A stretch of DNA of 53,646 nt from Parcubacteria bacterium C7867-004 (GTDB lineage Bacteria > Patescibacteriota > Minisyncoccia > Phycocordibacterales > Phycocordibacteraceae). The first letter of the stretch is position 1. Each line of letters starts with the position of its first letter. The notes below the pieces were generated by a model. It worked only from the letters and a program-made list of their open reading frames with translations. It did not search any database and was not told where the DNA came from. The translations under genes and the position numbers were made by a program. The DNA lies in contig LFCN01000004.1 in assembly GCA_001189075.1 (NCBI GenBank), positions 1-53,646 of the forward strand, written 5' to 3'. This document shows positions 35,083 to 43,316 of the stretch, piece by piece.

Positions 35083-36095
35083 TCCACGGGGAGAACATCC
35101 CGCTCGCGCGCTTGACGACGCTCAAGGTGGGCGGACCCGCGCTGCACGTCATCGAGTGCGCTTCGGTAGACGATGTGCGGGAAGCGGTGGCGTTCGCGCG
35201 GGAGCAGCACCTCCCCCTCCTGCCGCTCGGGGAAGGGAGTAACGTGCTCGCGAGCGACGAGGGGTTTCCGGGCGTCGTGCTTCGTATGACTATACCGGGC
35301 ATTGTGGCTGAGGAATCGGATGATTCCGTCACGCTCGTCTGCGGAGCGGGCGTTCCGTGGGATAGCGTCGTGCGTGAAGCGGCTAACCGCGCACTCTGGG
35401 GTATCGAGAATCTTGCGGGAATCCCCGGTACGACAGGAGCGGCACCAGTGCAGAACATTGGCGCGTACGGTATGGAGCTCAAGCAGACGCTCGCCTGGGT
35501 TGATGCGTTCGATACACATACGGGAGAGATCACTCGTATCGAGAATTCCGAATGTGATTTCGGTTACCGCGACAGTCGCTTTAAGCATGAGACGAATCTC
35601 ATCATCATATCGGTGGCGTTAACGCTTTCGCGTCATGGTAGTCCGCAGACCGGATACTCTGACCTGGCGCGCCTCGCATCGGAGGGGAATGATCTCTCGA
35701 CCCCGGCCCTGATAGGAGAAGCGGTCCGTGCGGTCCGTGCGCTCAAGTTTCCCGATCTCACCGTTGTCGGTACTGCAGGCTCGTTTTTCAAGAATCCGAT
35801 ACTGACAGGAGATCAGCATCTTCATCTTGCGGCGAAGTACGGCGCGGTGCCGAGCTTCCCGGTCGAAGGCGGCGTAAAGATTCCGCTCGCGTTCGTGCTT
35901 GATCGCGTGCTTAATCTCAAGGGACACGAGCAGGGCAACGTATCGCTGTTCGGCAATCAGCCGCTGGTGCTCGTTGCGCAAAGCGGAGCGACGGCGTCGG
36001 AGGTAGATGCGTTCGCAGATATGATCGCAGTGCGCGTTAAGGAAGCGACGGGCATCAGCATCAATCGTGAAGTGCGGCACTTTCCTGAGCGCTAG
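35079..36095 (+). CDS. murB: UDP-N-acetylenolpyruvoylglucosamine reductase
   Basis: LARLTTLKVGGPA and GEGSNVL FAD-binding motifs, GIPGTTGAAPVQNIGAYG, FGYRDS. ATGA overlap with the upstream gene. Confidence 0.9.
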   Translation: MIHGENIPLARLTTLKVGGPALHVIECASVDDVREAVAFAREQHLPLLPLGEGSNVLASDEGFPGVVLRMTIPGIVAEESDDSVTLVCGAGVPWDSVVREAANRALWGIENLAGIPGTTGAAPVQNIGAYGMELKQTLAWVDAFDTHTGEITRIENSECDFGYRDSRFKHETNLIIISVALTLSRHGSPQTGYSDLARLASEGNDLSTPALIGEAVRAVRALKFPDLTVVGTAGSFFKNPILTGDQHLHLAAKYGAVPSFPVEGGVKIPLAFVLDRVLNLKGHEQGNVSLFGNQPLVLVAQSGATASEVDAFADMIAVRVKEATGISINREVRHFPER

Positions 36096-36115
36096 CAAAA
36101 CTTTTTTGTACGAAG

Positions 36116-36153
36116 AAAATAATTTCGGCACAATGGTTGCCGAAATTATTTTT
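36116..36153 (+). terminator. Rho-independent terminator after murB
   Basis: Perfect 13-bp stem AATAATTTCGGCA / TGCCGAAATTATT with loop CAATGGT, then a T run. Confidence 0.8.
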
Positions 36154-36303
36154 AAAACTTATCCACACATTTTATTTTTTCATCTACAAATTGTTTGTAC
36201 ATGCGCAATACTTATCTGTAGCGCACATCAACAAAGATTTTTTTATAAAAACTTTTGTTGGGTGGGTCGACAATATCAGTCATAGAAATTCAACTTGAGA
36301 CCT

Positions 36304-36465
36304 ATGGCAGCAAAAAAAAGGAAGGTAGCTAAGAAGGCAGTCAAGAAGGCAGCTCCGAAGAGGAAGCCTGCAAAGAAGGCCGCTAAGAAAGCTGCTCCAA
36401 AGAAGAAGACCGTTAAGAAGGCAGCGAAGAAGACGACCAAGCGCAAGGCAGCAAAGCGCAAGTAG
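36304..36465 (+). CDS. Lys/Ala-rich histone-H1-like basic protein, 53 aa (absent from the ORF track)
   Basis: My translation: MAAKKRKVAKKAVKKAAPKRKPAKKAAKKAAPKKKTVKKAAKKTTKRKAAKRK. An AT-rich upstream region and a terminator immediately downstream flank it. The listed minus-strand ORF 36276-36461 is its antisense shadow. Confidence 0.7.
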   Translation: MAAKKRKVAKKAVKKAAPKRKPAKKAAKKAAPKKKTVKKAAKKTTKRKAAKRK

Positions 36466-36486
36466 TTTTCGGAACTGTTCTCTAAG

Positions 36487-36512
36487 AAAGCCTCCCTTTA
36501 GTGGGAGGTTTT
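36487..36512 (+). terminator. Rho-independent terminator
   Basis: CCTCCC-TTTAGT-GGGAGG followed by TTTT. Confidence 0.7.
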
Positions 36513-36630
36513 CTGTATGTGCCCGGTATGTTCGTCAATCGCACGAAGACATATCCGAGACTGCGTCGACGTTCAGATAAAACCGTGCGAATAGGCCGAT
36601 TTTCAGGTATAGTGGCCGTACTTCTTCCTA

Positions 36631-36636
36631 TATAAG
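36631..36636 (+). promoter_or_regulatory. -10-like hexamer TATAAG, 6 nt upstream of the secA ATG
   Basis: TATAAG then GTATAT then ATG (36643). Confidence 0.4.
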
Positions 36637-36642
36637 GTATAT

Positions 36643-39171
36643 ATGGCCAATATCCTCAGTAAACTCTTTGCCCAGAACCAATCGGGCTCTTTCATAAAGA
36701 CAGCACAGCCTATTGTCACGCTTGCGGCGGGATTGTCAGACGAGCTCGAGAAACTCTCGGATGAGGCTCTCAAGGGTCGAGTGGAAAGCGTGCGGACGAG
36801 GGCGGGGGGGACTCCGACCGTAGATGCGGACATTGCTGAAGTGTTCGCGCTCGTGCGCGAGGCCTCGAGACGCACGCTCAAGGAGCGACACTACGATGTG
36901 CAGATAATCGGTGGTCTCGCGCTCGCGCGCGGCAAGATCGCTGAGATGCGCACCGGAGAAGGAAAGACGCTCGTCGCCACACTTCCGGTAACGCTACATG
37001 CGCTTTCCGGTAACGGTGTTCATGTCGTTACGGTCAATGATTACCTCGCACGTCGCGACGGCGCATGGATGGGTCAGATATACGGAGCGCTCGGACTCAG
37101 CGTCGGCATCGTCACCTCGTCTGGCTCGTATCTGTACGATCCCGCGCATACCACGCCTGAAGAAGATGCTGCACGCGACACCGAGGGCTCGTACAAGGTC
37201 TTCTATAATTACCTGCGACCGGCGTCGAAGAAAGAAGCATATGCGGCAGATATAACCTACGCGACGAATAACGAGCTCGGATTCGATTACCTGCGCGACA
37301 ATACCGCGTACGACGCATCCCAGCTCGTTCAGCGCGGTCACCACTTCGCGGTTGTCGACGAGATCGACTCGATCCTTATCGATGAGGCGCGTACGCCGCT
37401 CATTATCTCGGGCCCTGCCGGAGACGCAGAAGGGCTCTACGAGCGCTTTGCAGGAATCGTCCGTACCTTCAAACAGGAAGAGGATTACACGGTAGACGAG
37501 AAGCAGCGCGCCATACAGATAACAGATGAGGGCATGCGGAAGGCGGAAAGCGCTCTCAATATCGAGAACCTCTACGCAGAGGGCGGCATGAAGTATGCTC
37601 ATCATCTCGATACCGCCGTACGAGCCAAAGCGCTCTTCCATGCTGATAAGGAATACGTCGTGCGTGAGGGCGAGATCGTCATCGTTGACGAGTTCACGGG
37701 AAGACTCCAGCCAGGTCGCCGCTGGAGCGAGGGCCTGCACCAGGCAATTGAAGCAAAAGAAGGGATGCCGATACAGAAAGAGACCCGCACCTACGCGAGT
37801 GTCACGTTCCAGAACTTCTTCCGCATGTATACGGGGGTCTGCGGCATGACTGGTACCGGTATCTCTTCCGAAGAGGAGTTCTATACCGTATACGGCCTCG
37901 AGGTTGTCCGGATACCGACCCATCGGCCGATACAGCGTCATGACTATGACGATCTCATCTTCCAGTCTACTGCCGGGAAATATCGTGCGCTTGCCCAGCA
38001 CATCAAAGGTATTCACGAGAAGGGACAGCCAGTACTCGTAGGAACGGTATCCATCGAGGATAACGAAGTGGTGAGCGCGCATCTTGCCGAAGCCGGCGTT
38101 CCGCACGAAGTCCTGAACGCGAAGAATCATGAGCGCGAGGGAGAGATCATCGCCCAGGCAGGACGTCTCGGAGGCGTTACGGTCGCTACGAACCTCGCTG
38201 GCCGCGGCGTCGACATCAAGCTTGGTGGGGCGGTCGCCTCTGAAGAAGAGCGTGAGGTTGTGCGGGGACTCGGCGGGCTCGCGGTAATCGGTACCGAGCG
38301 ACATGAAGCGAGGCGCATCGATGACCAGCTCCGCGGTAGAAGCGGTCGCCAGGGAGATCCCGGCGAGACCCGTTTCTATGTCTCACTTGAGGACAAGCTC
38401 ATGCGCGTATTCGCGTCCGACATGGTCAAGAACGTCATGGGAACCTTCAAGATTCCCGAGGATGAGCCTATACAGAGCTCGCTTATCACGCGCGCGCTCG
38501 AGACCGCGCAGAAGCGCATCGAGGGATTCAACTTCGATTCCCGGAAACAGGTCCTCTCCTACGACGATGTCCTGAACACGCAGCGCCTTTCCATATATCG
38601 AGAGCGCATGACGGCTCTCACTGGTTCGGATGAGGAGATCGAATTACTCGTACGAGAGCTCATCAGTGGCGATCAGAACGCGGTAGCGGCGTTCGAAGCT
38701 AAACGGGAGGAGTTCACTGCGCCCGTTCTGCTCGCGCTCATGCGTCGGTTGGTGCTTCAGATTACCGATAGCTTCTGGCTCGAGCACCTCGAGAGCATGG
38801 ATTACCTTCGACGTTCCGTGTCGCTCCGAGCATACGGTCAGCGCGATCCGCTTATCGAGTACCGTCGCGAAGGACTTACACAGTTCAAGTCTCTGCAGGG
38901 GAATATCGCTCGCTCCATCGCTGAGGCTATCCCGCGCATCGTGCCTGCTGACGATTCCCGCATCCGTGCAGAGGAAGAGAAGATGCGCGCGAAGCTCGTT
39001 GCCGCATCAGAGGGCGGGGAAGCTCCTACGGAAGGCACGACTCCTATCGTTAAGGGTGACGAGCCAGGACGCAACGACCTCGTTACTATCCGCAGTGGAT
39101 CGGAGACCCGACAGATGAAGTACAAGAAAGCCGAGCCATTCATTAAGGAAGGCTGGGAACTCATCACCTAA
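36643..39171 (+). CDS. secA: Preprotein translocase ATPase SecA
   Basis: EMRTGEGKTLVATLP Walker A, VVTVNDYLA, DEIDSILIDEARTPLIISG, TNLAGRGVDIKLGG. Confidence 0.95.
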   Translation: MANILSKLFAQNQSGSFIKTAQPIVTLAAGLSDELEKLSDEALKGRVESVRTRAGGTPTVDADIAEVFALVREASRRTLKERHYDVQIIGGLALARGKIAEMRTGEGKTLVATLPVTLHALSGNGVHVVTVNDYLARRDGAWMGQIYGALGLSVGIVTSSGSYLYDPAHTTPEEDAARDTEGSYKVFYNYLRPASKKEAYAADITYATNNELGFDYLRDNTAYDASQLVQRGHHFAVVDEIDSILIDEARTPLIISGPAGDAEGLYERFAGIVRTFKQEEDYTVDEKQRAIQITDEGMRKAESALNIENLYAEGGMKYAHHLDTAVRAKALFHADKEYVVREGEIVIVDEFTGRLQPGRRWSEGLHQAIEAKEGMPIQKETRTYASVTFQNFFRMYTGVCGMTGTGISSEEEFYTVYGLEVVRIPTHRPIQRHDYDDLIFQSTAGKYRALAQHIKGIHEKGQPVLVGTVSIEDNEVVSAHLAEAGVPHEVLNAKNHEREGEIIAQAGRLGGVTVATNLAGRGVDIKLGGAVASEEEREVVRGLGGLAVIGTERHEARRIDDQLRGRSGRQGDPGETRFYVSLEDKLMRVFASDMVKNVMGTFKIPEDEPIQSSLITRALETAQKRIEGFNFDSRKQVLSYDDVLNTQRLSIYRERMTALTGSDEEIELLVRELISGDQNAVAAFEAKREEFTAPVLLALMRRLVLQITDSFWLEHLESMDYLRRSVSLRAYGQRDPLIEYRREGLTQFKSLQGNIARSIAEAIPRIVPADDSRIRAEEEKMRAKLVAASEGGEAPTEGTTPIVKGDEPGRNDLVTIRSGSETRQMKYKKAEPFIKEGWELIT

Positions 39172-39174
39172 TAT

Positions 39175-40149
39175 ATGGCATTCGTTGATGAGATAACCGT
39201 ACGCGCAGCTTCCGGACATGGTGGTCCGGGTGTTGTCCGTTGGCTGCATATCAAAGGAAACGAGAAAGCGGGACCGGGAGGAGGCGACGGCGGTCGTGGC
39301 GGCGACGTCATACTCGAGGGCGTCCGAGACCTCGCGGCACTCGCGAATTACCGCTACACAAAAGTTGCGCGGGGTGCTGATGGGGAAGCCGGAGGAAGCA
39401 ACGAGATGCACGGGGCTGATGGCGAACCGTACATTCTAAAAGTACCGGTCGGTACGGTTGCCCGCATGGAGTCTACGGGCGAGACCTTCGAGATACTTTC
39501 AGAGGGCCAGCAGATACTCCTCCTTCGGGGTGGAAACGGAGGGCTCGGGAACCCGCATTTTAAGGGGCCGTCGAACCAGAATCCGAAGACCGCAACTCCC
39601 GGGAAGCCGGGCAAAGAGAGCGTAATCCACATCAGTCTCAAGCTCATCGCTGACGCGGGACTGATCGGCTTTCCGAATGCCGGAAAGTCGTCACTGCTGA
39701 ACGAGCTCACCCGGGCTCGCTCCAAGGTCGGCGCCTACCCGTTCACTACGCTCGATCCGCATCTTGGCGACTTCTACGGCTTCATACTCGCCGATATACC
39801 GGGTCTTATCGAGGGCGCCTCGGAGGGACGAGGTCTCGGTTCCCGCTTCCTCAAGCACATAGAACGCACTAGATTCCTTGTGCATCTCGTCTCGTCTGAA
39901 CAAGAAGACGTCGTCGCGGCTTATAGGTCCATACGGGACGAGCTTGCCGCGTTCGGACACGGTCTCGACGAGAAACCAGAGCTCGTAGTCCTCTCAAAGG
40001 CCGACATGCTGTCTGTTGAAGAGCGGAAAGAGCGCGTTCAGGCACTCGAGGCGGTAGCGGGGAAGGGGGTGCTCGAGCTTTCCATACTCGACGACGATCT
40101 CATGAAGTCGTTCTCAGACAACCTCACGCGTCGGCTCGGAACCCGCTAG
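39175..40149 (+). CDS. obg: GTPase Obg/CgtA
   Basis: Gly-rich Obg fold FVDE...GGPG...GGGDGGRGGDV. G-domain motifs GFPNAGKSSL, DIPGLIEGA, SKAD. Confidence 0.92.
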   Translation: MAFVDEITVRAASGHGGPGVVRWLHIKGNEKAGPGGGDGGRGGDVILEGVRDLAALANYRYTKVARGADGEAGGSNEMHGADGEPYILKVPVGTVARMESTGETFEILSEGQQILLLRGGNGGLGNPHFKGPSNQNPKTATPGKPGKESVIHISLKLIADAGLIGFPNAGKSSLLNELTRARSKVGAYPFTTLDPHLGDFYGFILADIPGLIEGASEGRGLGSRFLKHIERTRFLVHLVSSEQEDVVAAYRSIRDELAAFGHGLDEKPELVVLSKADMLSVEERKERVQALEAVAGKGVLELSILDDDLMKSFSDNLTRRLGTR

Positions 40150-40204
40150 AGAAGGCGTCCCGGAGTTGTCTCCGGGCCCGGTTCCCAGTAAGCTCTCTAT
40201 ATCC

Positions 40205-41623
40205 ATGTCCTACCGAACCACCATCGGACTCGAAGTGCACGCAGAGCTCTCGACGCGCACGAAGATGTTCTGCACCTCGAAGAATGAGCCGCTCGCGGCG
40301 GAGCCGAACACGAACATCTGTCCGGTCTGTCTTGCACATCCCGGTACGCTGCCGACCATCAACAAGGAAGCGGTACGCCACGTGCTTCGTGTCGGTACCG
40401 CGATCGGCGGCACGCTCGCCGACTTCGCCGAGTTCGATCGCAAGAGCTATTTCTATCCGGACATCCCGAAGGGGTATCAAATCAGTCAGTACGAGTATCC
40501 GCTCGTGTCAGGAGGCGAGCTCGCAGGCGTCGCGATAACGCGCGTACACCTCGAAGAGGATACGGCGCGTTCTTCGCACGGAGCGGGCGTATCGCTCGTC
40601 GACTACAATCGCGCAGGAGTTCCGCTCATGGAGCTGGTTACCGAACCGGTCATTCACGACGCAGAGACCGCAGGAAGATTCGCGCGCGAGTTGCAGCTCC
40701 TGCTGCGCACCATTGGCGCATCACATGCGAATCTCGAGAAAGGTGAGATGCGCGTCGAGGCGAATATTTCGATATCCAAGACTGATGCGTTTGGCACGAA
40801 AGTCGAGGTTAAGAATCTCAACTCGTTCCGTTCGGTAGAGCGTGCCATCGCGTACGAAGTCGCGCGTCAGGCAGCAGTACTCGATGAAGGAGGAACCGTC
40901 GTCCAAGAGACGCGAGGCTGGGATGAGAACTCGCAGAAGACCTTCTCTCAGCGCGCGAAGGAGGGAAGTGCCGACTATCGCTATTTCCCGGAGCCTGACC
41001 TACCGAAGCTACTTCTCTCGGAAGTTCCTGAGTTCTCTTCAGAAGCCCTCACCGCATCGCTCCCCGAGCTACCGTGGGATAAGCGAGCGCGTTATGCCGC
41101 GCTCGGATTGAAAGAAGAAGACGCTGCGTTTCTCGGGAGCGACATCATGCGTGCGGCATTTTTTGATCGTGTGCTCGCTGCGTGTGCGAATGACGCGAAG
41201 CTCGTATCGCTTGCTGCTAACTATGTCGTCTCTGACATCGCTGGTTGGTACGCAAAGCAGGAGAGTGCGGATGAAGAATATGGTGGTATCGATGCGGAAG
41301 AATTTGCTGAATTAATTCGCATGATCGCATCGGGAGAGCTCTCTTCGCGCGGAGCCAAGGACATACTGCTGCGCATGCTTGAGGAGGGAGGCTCGCCTCG
41401 AGCGCTCGCTGAGGCGCACGGCCTGCTTCAGGTCAGTGACACTAATGCTCTCCGCGAAGCGGTAAAGGCCGTCCTGCTCGAACACTCGGCAGCAGCGGAT
41501 GAGTATCGCGCAGGCAAAGAAGCCTCGCTCCAGTTCCTGGTCGGCCAAGGCATGAAAGCTACTCGTGGTGCCGGCAACCCGGCTGTACTCAAAGAACTTC
41601 TCATCGAGGAATTGAGTCGATAG
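40205..41623 (+). CDS. gatB: Asp/Glu-tRNA amidotransferase subunit B
   Basis: TIGLEVHAEL, CPVCLAHPGTLP, YFYPDIPKGYQISQ, NRAGVPLMELVTEP. Start moved to ATG 40205. Confidence 0.92.
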   Translation: MSYRTTIGLEVHAELSTRTKMFCTSKNEPLAAEPNTNICPVCLAHPGTLPTINKEAVRHVLRVGTAIGGTLADFAEFDRKSYFYPDIPKGYQISQYEYPLVSGGELAGVAITRVHLEEDTARSSHGAGVSLVDYNRAGVPLMELVTEPVIHDAETAGRFARELQLLLRTIGASHANLEKGEMRVEANISISKTDAFGTKVEVKNLNSFRSVERAIAYEVARQAAVLDEGGTVVQETRGWDENSQKTFSQRAKEGSADYRYFPEPDLPKLLLSEVPEFSSEALTASLPELPWDKRARYAALGLKEEDAAFLGSDIMRAAFFDRVLAACANDAKLVSLAANYVVSDIAGWYAKQESADEEYGGIDAEEFAELIRMIASGELSSRGAKDILLRMLEEGGSPRALAEAHGLLQVSDTNALREAVKAVLLEHSAAADEYRAGKEASLQFLVGQGMKATRGAGNPAVLKELLIEELSR

Positions 41624-41644
41624 GCTGGTGGCCGAAACCAAGAG

Positions 41645-41680
41645 AAAAGATCGCGTACCCTGCGGTACGCGATCTTTTCT
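41645..41680. terminator. Bidirectional-looking rho-independent terminator
   Basis: AAAA-GATCGCGTACC-CTGC-GGTACGCGATC-TTTT. Confidence 0.75.
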
Positions 41681-41742
41681 CTATGTTCGAGTGGGTTTAC
41701 GTTGGGTGTTCATAACATAGTGTAAGCGAGACGAGAAAGCCT

Positions 41743-41748
41743 TATAAT
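41743..41748 (+). promoter_or_regulatory. Consensus -10 box TATAAT, 6 nt upstream of ATG 41755
   Basis: TATAAT then CTAAGG then ATG. Confidence 0.5.
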
Positions 41749-41754
41749 CTAAGG

Positions 41755-42630
41755 ATGGATGAGATAACTATTGGAGACAAGACGTACATATCGTCAAAGC
41801 AAGCTGCAAAGATTACTGGATACGCAAAGGACTATATCGGTCAGTTGTGCAGGGAAGGGCGAGTTGAGGCAAGGTTGGTTGGTAGAAATTGGTATGTGCT
41901 CGATTCCAGCATCCGAGAGCATCGTTTCGGGGTAGAAAACGAGGAAAAGACCCCTGCAAAGGCTCAGCCGGTATCTTCGGTCGAGGCATCATCGAGAGTC
42001 ACATCAGAATGGGAGCGTCCGCAGTACAAGGCTGAAGTACCATCTATGGTCCCCACGTTCGTGCCTAAACCTGCTCCGACGGTCGCTCCTGCTGAAATGC
42101 AGTCCGCATGGCGCCAATGGTTCGAGAATAAGCCTCAAGATACCCTTCCTGATGGAAGCGACGACTTCACCGAGGAGTATCTTCCGGCTGTGGTGCCTGA
42201 AGAGAAGCCTGTAGAACCTGTCGAAGAAACATATAGCGTCCCAGTGGTGCGCGTTACAGAACCAGAACAGCCGGTATACCGTGAAGAAATCCTTCAAGAC
42301 GAGCGTGTAGAGCTTCACAAGTCCTATGCAAGCCGTGAGACGGGGGAAGTCGTACCAGAAGCAAGCAGCATGGTCGTTGATCTCACGCACACTGAGCCTA
42401 ACCAAAAAGCGCGTGTTCGTAAGGCAAAGAGCCCAAAGCCTCCTCGAAATCAATCGAATCTTGTCGCAAACGCGATCCTGTTGGTAGTTACCCTAGTTGC
42501 AGTACTTACGGCAATAGTTGGAACAGGTTACGCCGAGAAGCTACTTTCAGGGACAAGTGTGGATTTCGGAGCACAAAAAGGAATCATTGATTTTCTGGGT
42601 GGAGAGAGCACGTATAAAAAAGCTAATTAA
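41755..42630 (+). CDS. Membrane-tethered Xis/MerR-type HTH protein (HTH, ~185-aa Pro/Glu-rich linker, one TM helix, ~25-aa ectotail)
   Basis: YISSKQAAKITGYAKDYIGQLCREGRVEARLVGRNWYVLDSSI fits the excisionase-type HTH pattern. TM helix LVANAILLVVTLVAVLTAIVGTG lies near the C-terminus. Confidence 0.75.
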   Translation: MDEITIGDKTYISSKQAAKITGYAKDYIGQLCREGRVEARLVGRNWYVLDSSIREHRFGVENEEKTPAKAQPVSSVEASSRVTSEWERPQYKAEVPSMVPTFVPKPAPTVAPAEMQSAWRQWFENKPQDTLPDGSDDFTEEYLPAVVPEEKPVEPVEETYSVPVVRVTEPEQPVYREEILQDERVELHKSYASRETGEVVPEASSMVVDLTHTEPNQKARVRKAKSPKPPRNQSNLVANAILLVVTLVAVLTAIVGTGYAEKLLSGTSVDFGAQKGIIDFLGGESTYKKAN

Positions 42631-42686
42631 TATAAAGGTATCTCGTCTCGGATAGACAAGTTATCAATAGAATCTATCTCAAATGG

Positions 42687-42722
42687 AAAAAGGACTCGCC
42701 GTTGCAACGGCGAGTCCTTTTT
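42687..42722. terminator. Rho-independent terminator (A-tract, stem, T-tract)
   Basis: AAAAA-GGACTCGCCGTT-GC-AACGGCGAGTCC-TTTTT. Confidence 0.8.
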
Positions 42723-42777
42723 AATATGACCACCTTTGTATTTTAGGCCTTGTAATAGATGCATATGTATTTACTGC

Positions 42778-42807
42778 GCTCATATACCTATATATAGGTA
42801 TATGAGC
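42778..42807. promoter_or_regulatory. Perfect 30-bp palindrome, candidate operator
   Basis: GCTCATATACCTATA|TATAGGTATATGAGC. Its 13-mer TATATATAGGTAT recurs at 43021-43033, and CTCATATA recurs at 42977-42984. Confidence 0.45.
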
Positions 42808-43316
42808 TACACAGCAGTGTTCAATCTTAATAGGTAAGGTTGGATCTCAAGAGGTAGCAAAAACTCGTGCCAATACTTAACTGGTAAAAAATAGTAATAG
42901 AACTGTTTAGTGATTCACGTAAAAGGCAAATGAGTGCATCTTCCGTACGCTTTCTCCTTTGTTTTAGCCGATATTACTCATATATAATAGGTTTTTCGCG
43001 TTACCGACATGCTCGAAACGTATATATAGGTATTAAAAAGTTTTATTATCGATTACCGATCATTTTGAAGTGAATCGTAAGTTTCTTTGAATTTTTGGAC
43101 GCGTTAGGAGGTATTTCGTTCGAAGTCCTGATCGTTATTTGAGAATTTTGATGTCTTTCGTCCATAATCGGAGAAGGTAAAAATAATTTTTGTAAGTATA
43201 GTTCCGTATGAATTTTTTTCATGAATCATTACTGAAGATTATCCCCATGCTTGAATGCAATGAATGCCGAAAAGCCAGTTAAACTATAACTAATTCGGAT
43301 ATCCGACTTCTGTACC

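Noticed and set aside
36276-36461. 61-aa hydrophobic ORF on the minus strand (MRFAALRLVVFFAAFL...).
   Set aside because: It is the reverse complement of AAG/GCA-rich repeats. The plus-strand Lys/Ala-rich ORF has the AT-rich upstream region and a downstream terminator in the correct orientation.
43208-43282. 24-codon upstream ORF (MNFFHESLLKIIPMLECNECRKAS) 35 nt before the giant gene start, and a possible TTGAGA-18-CATAAT promoter at 43139-43168.
   Set aside because: The uORF has no ribosome-binding context, and short ORFs are expected by chance in AT-rich DNA. The promoter match is weak. Neither can be supported from sequence alone.
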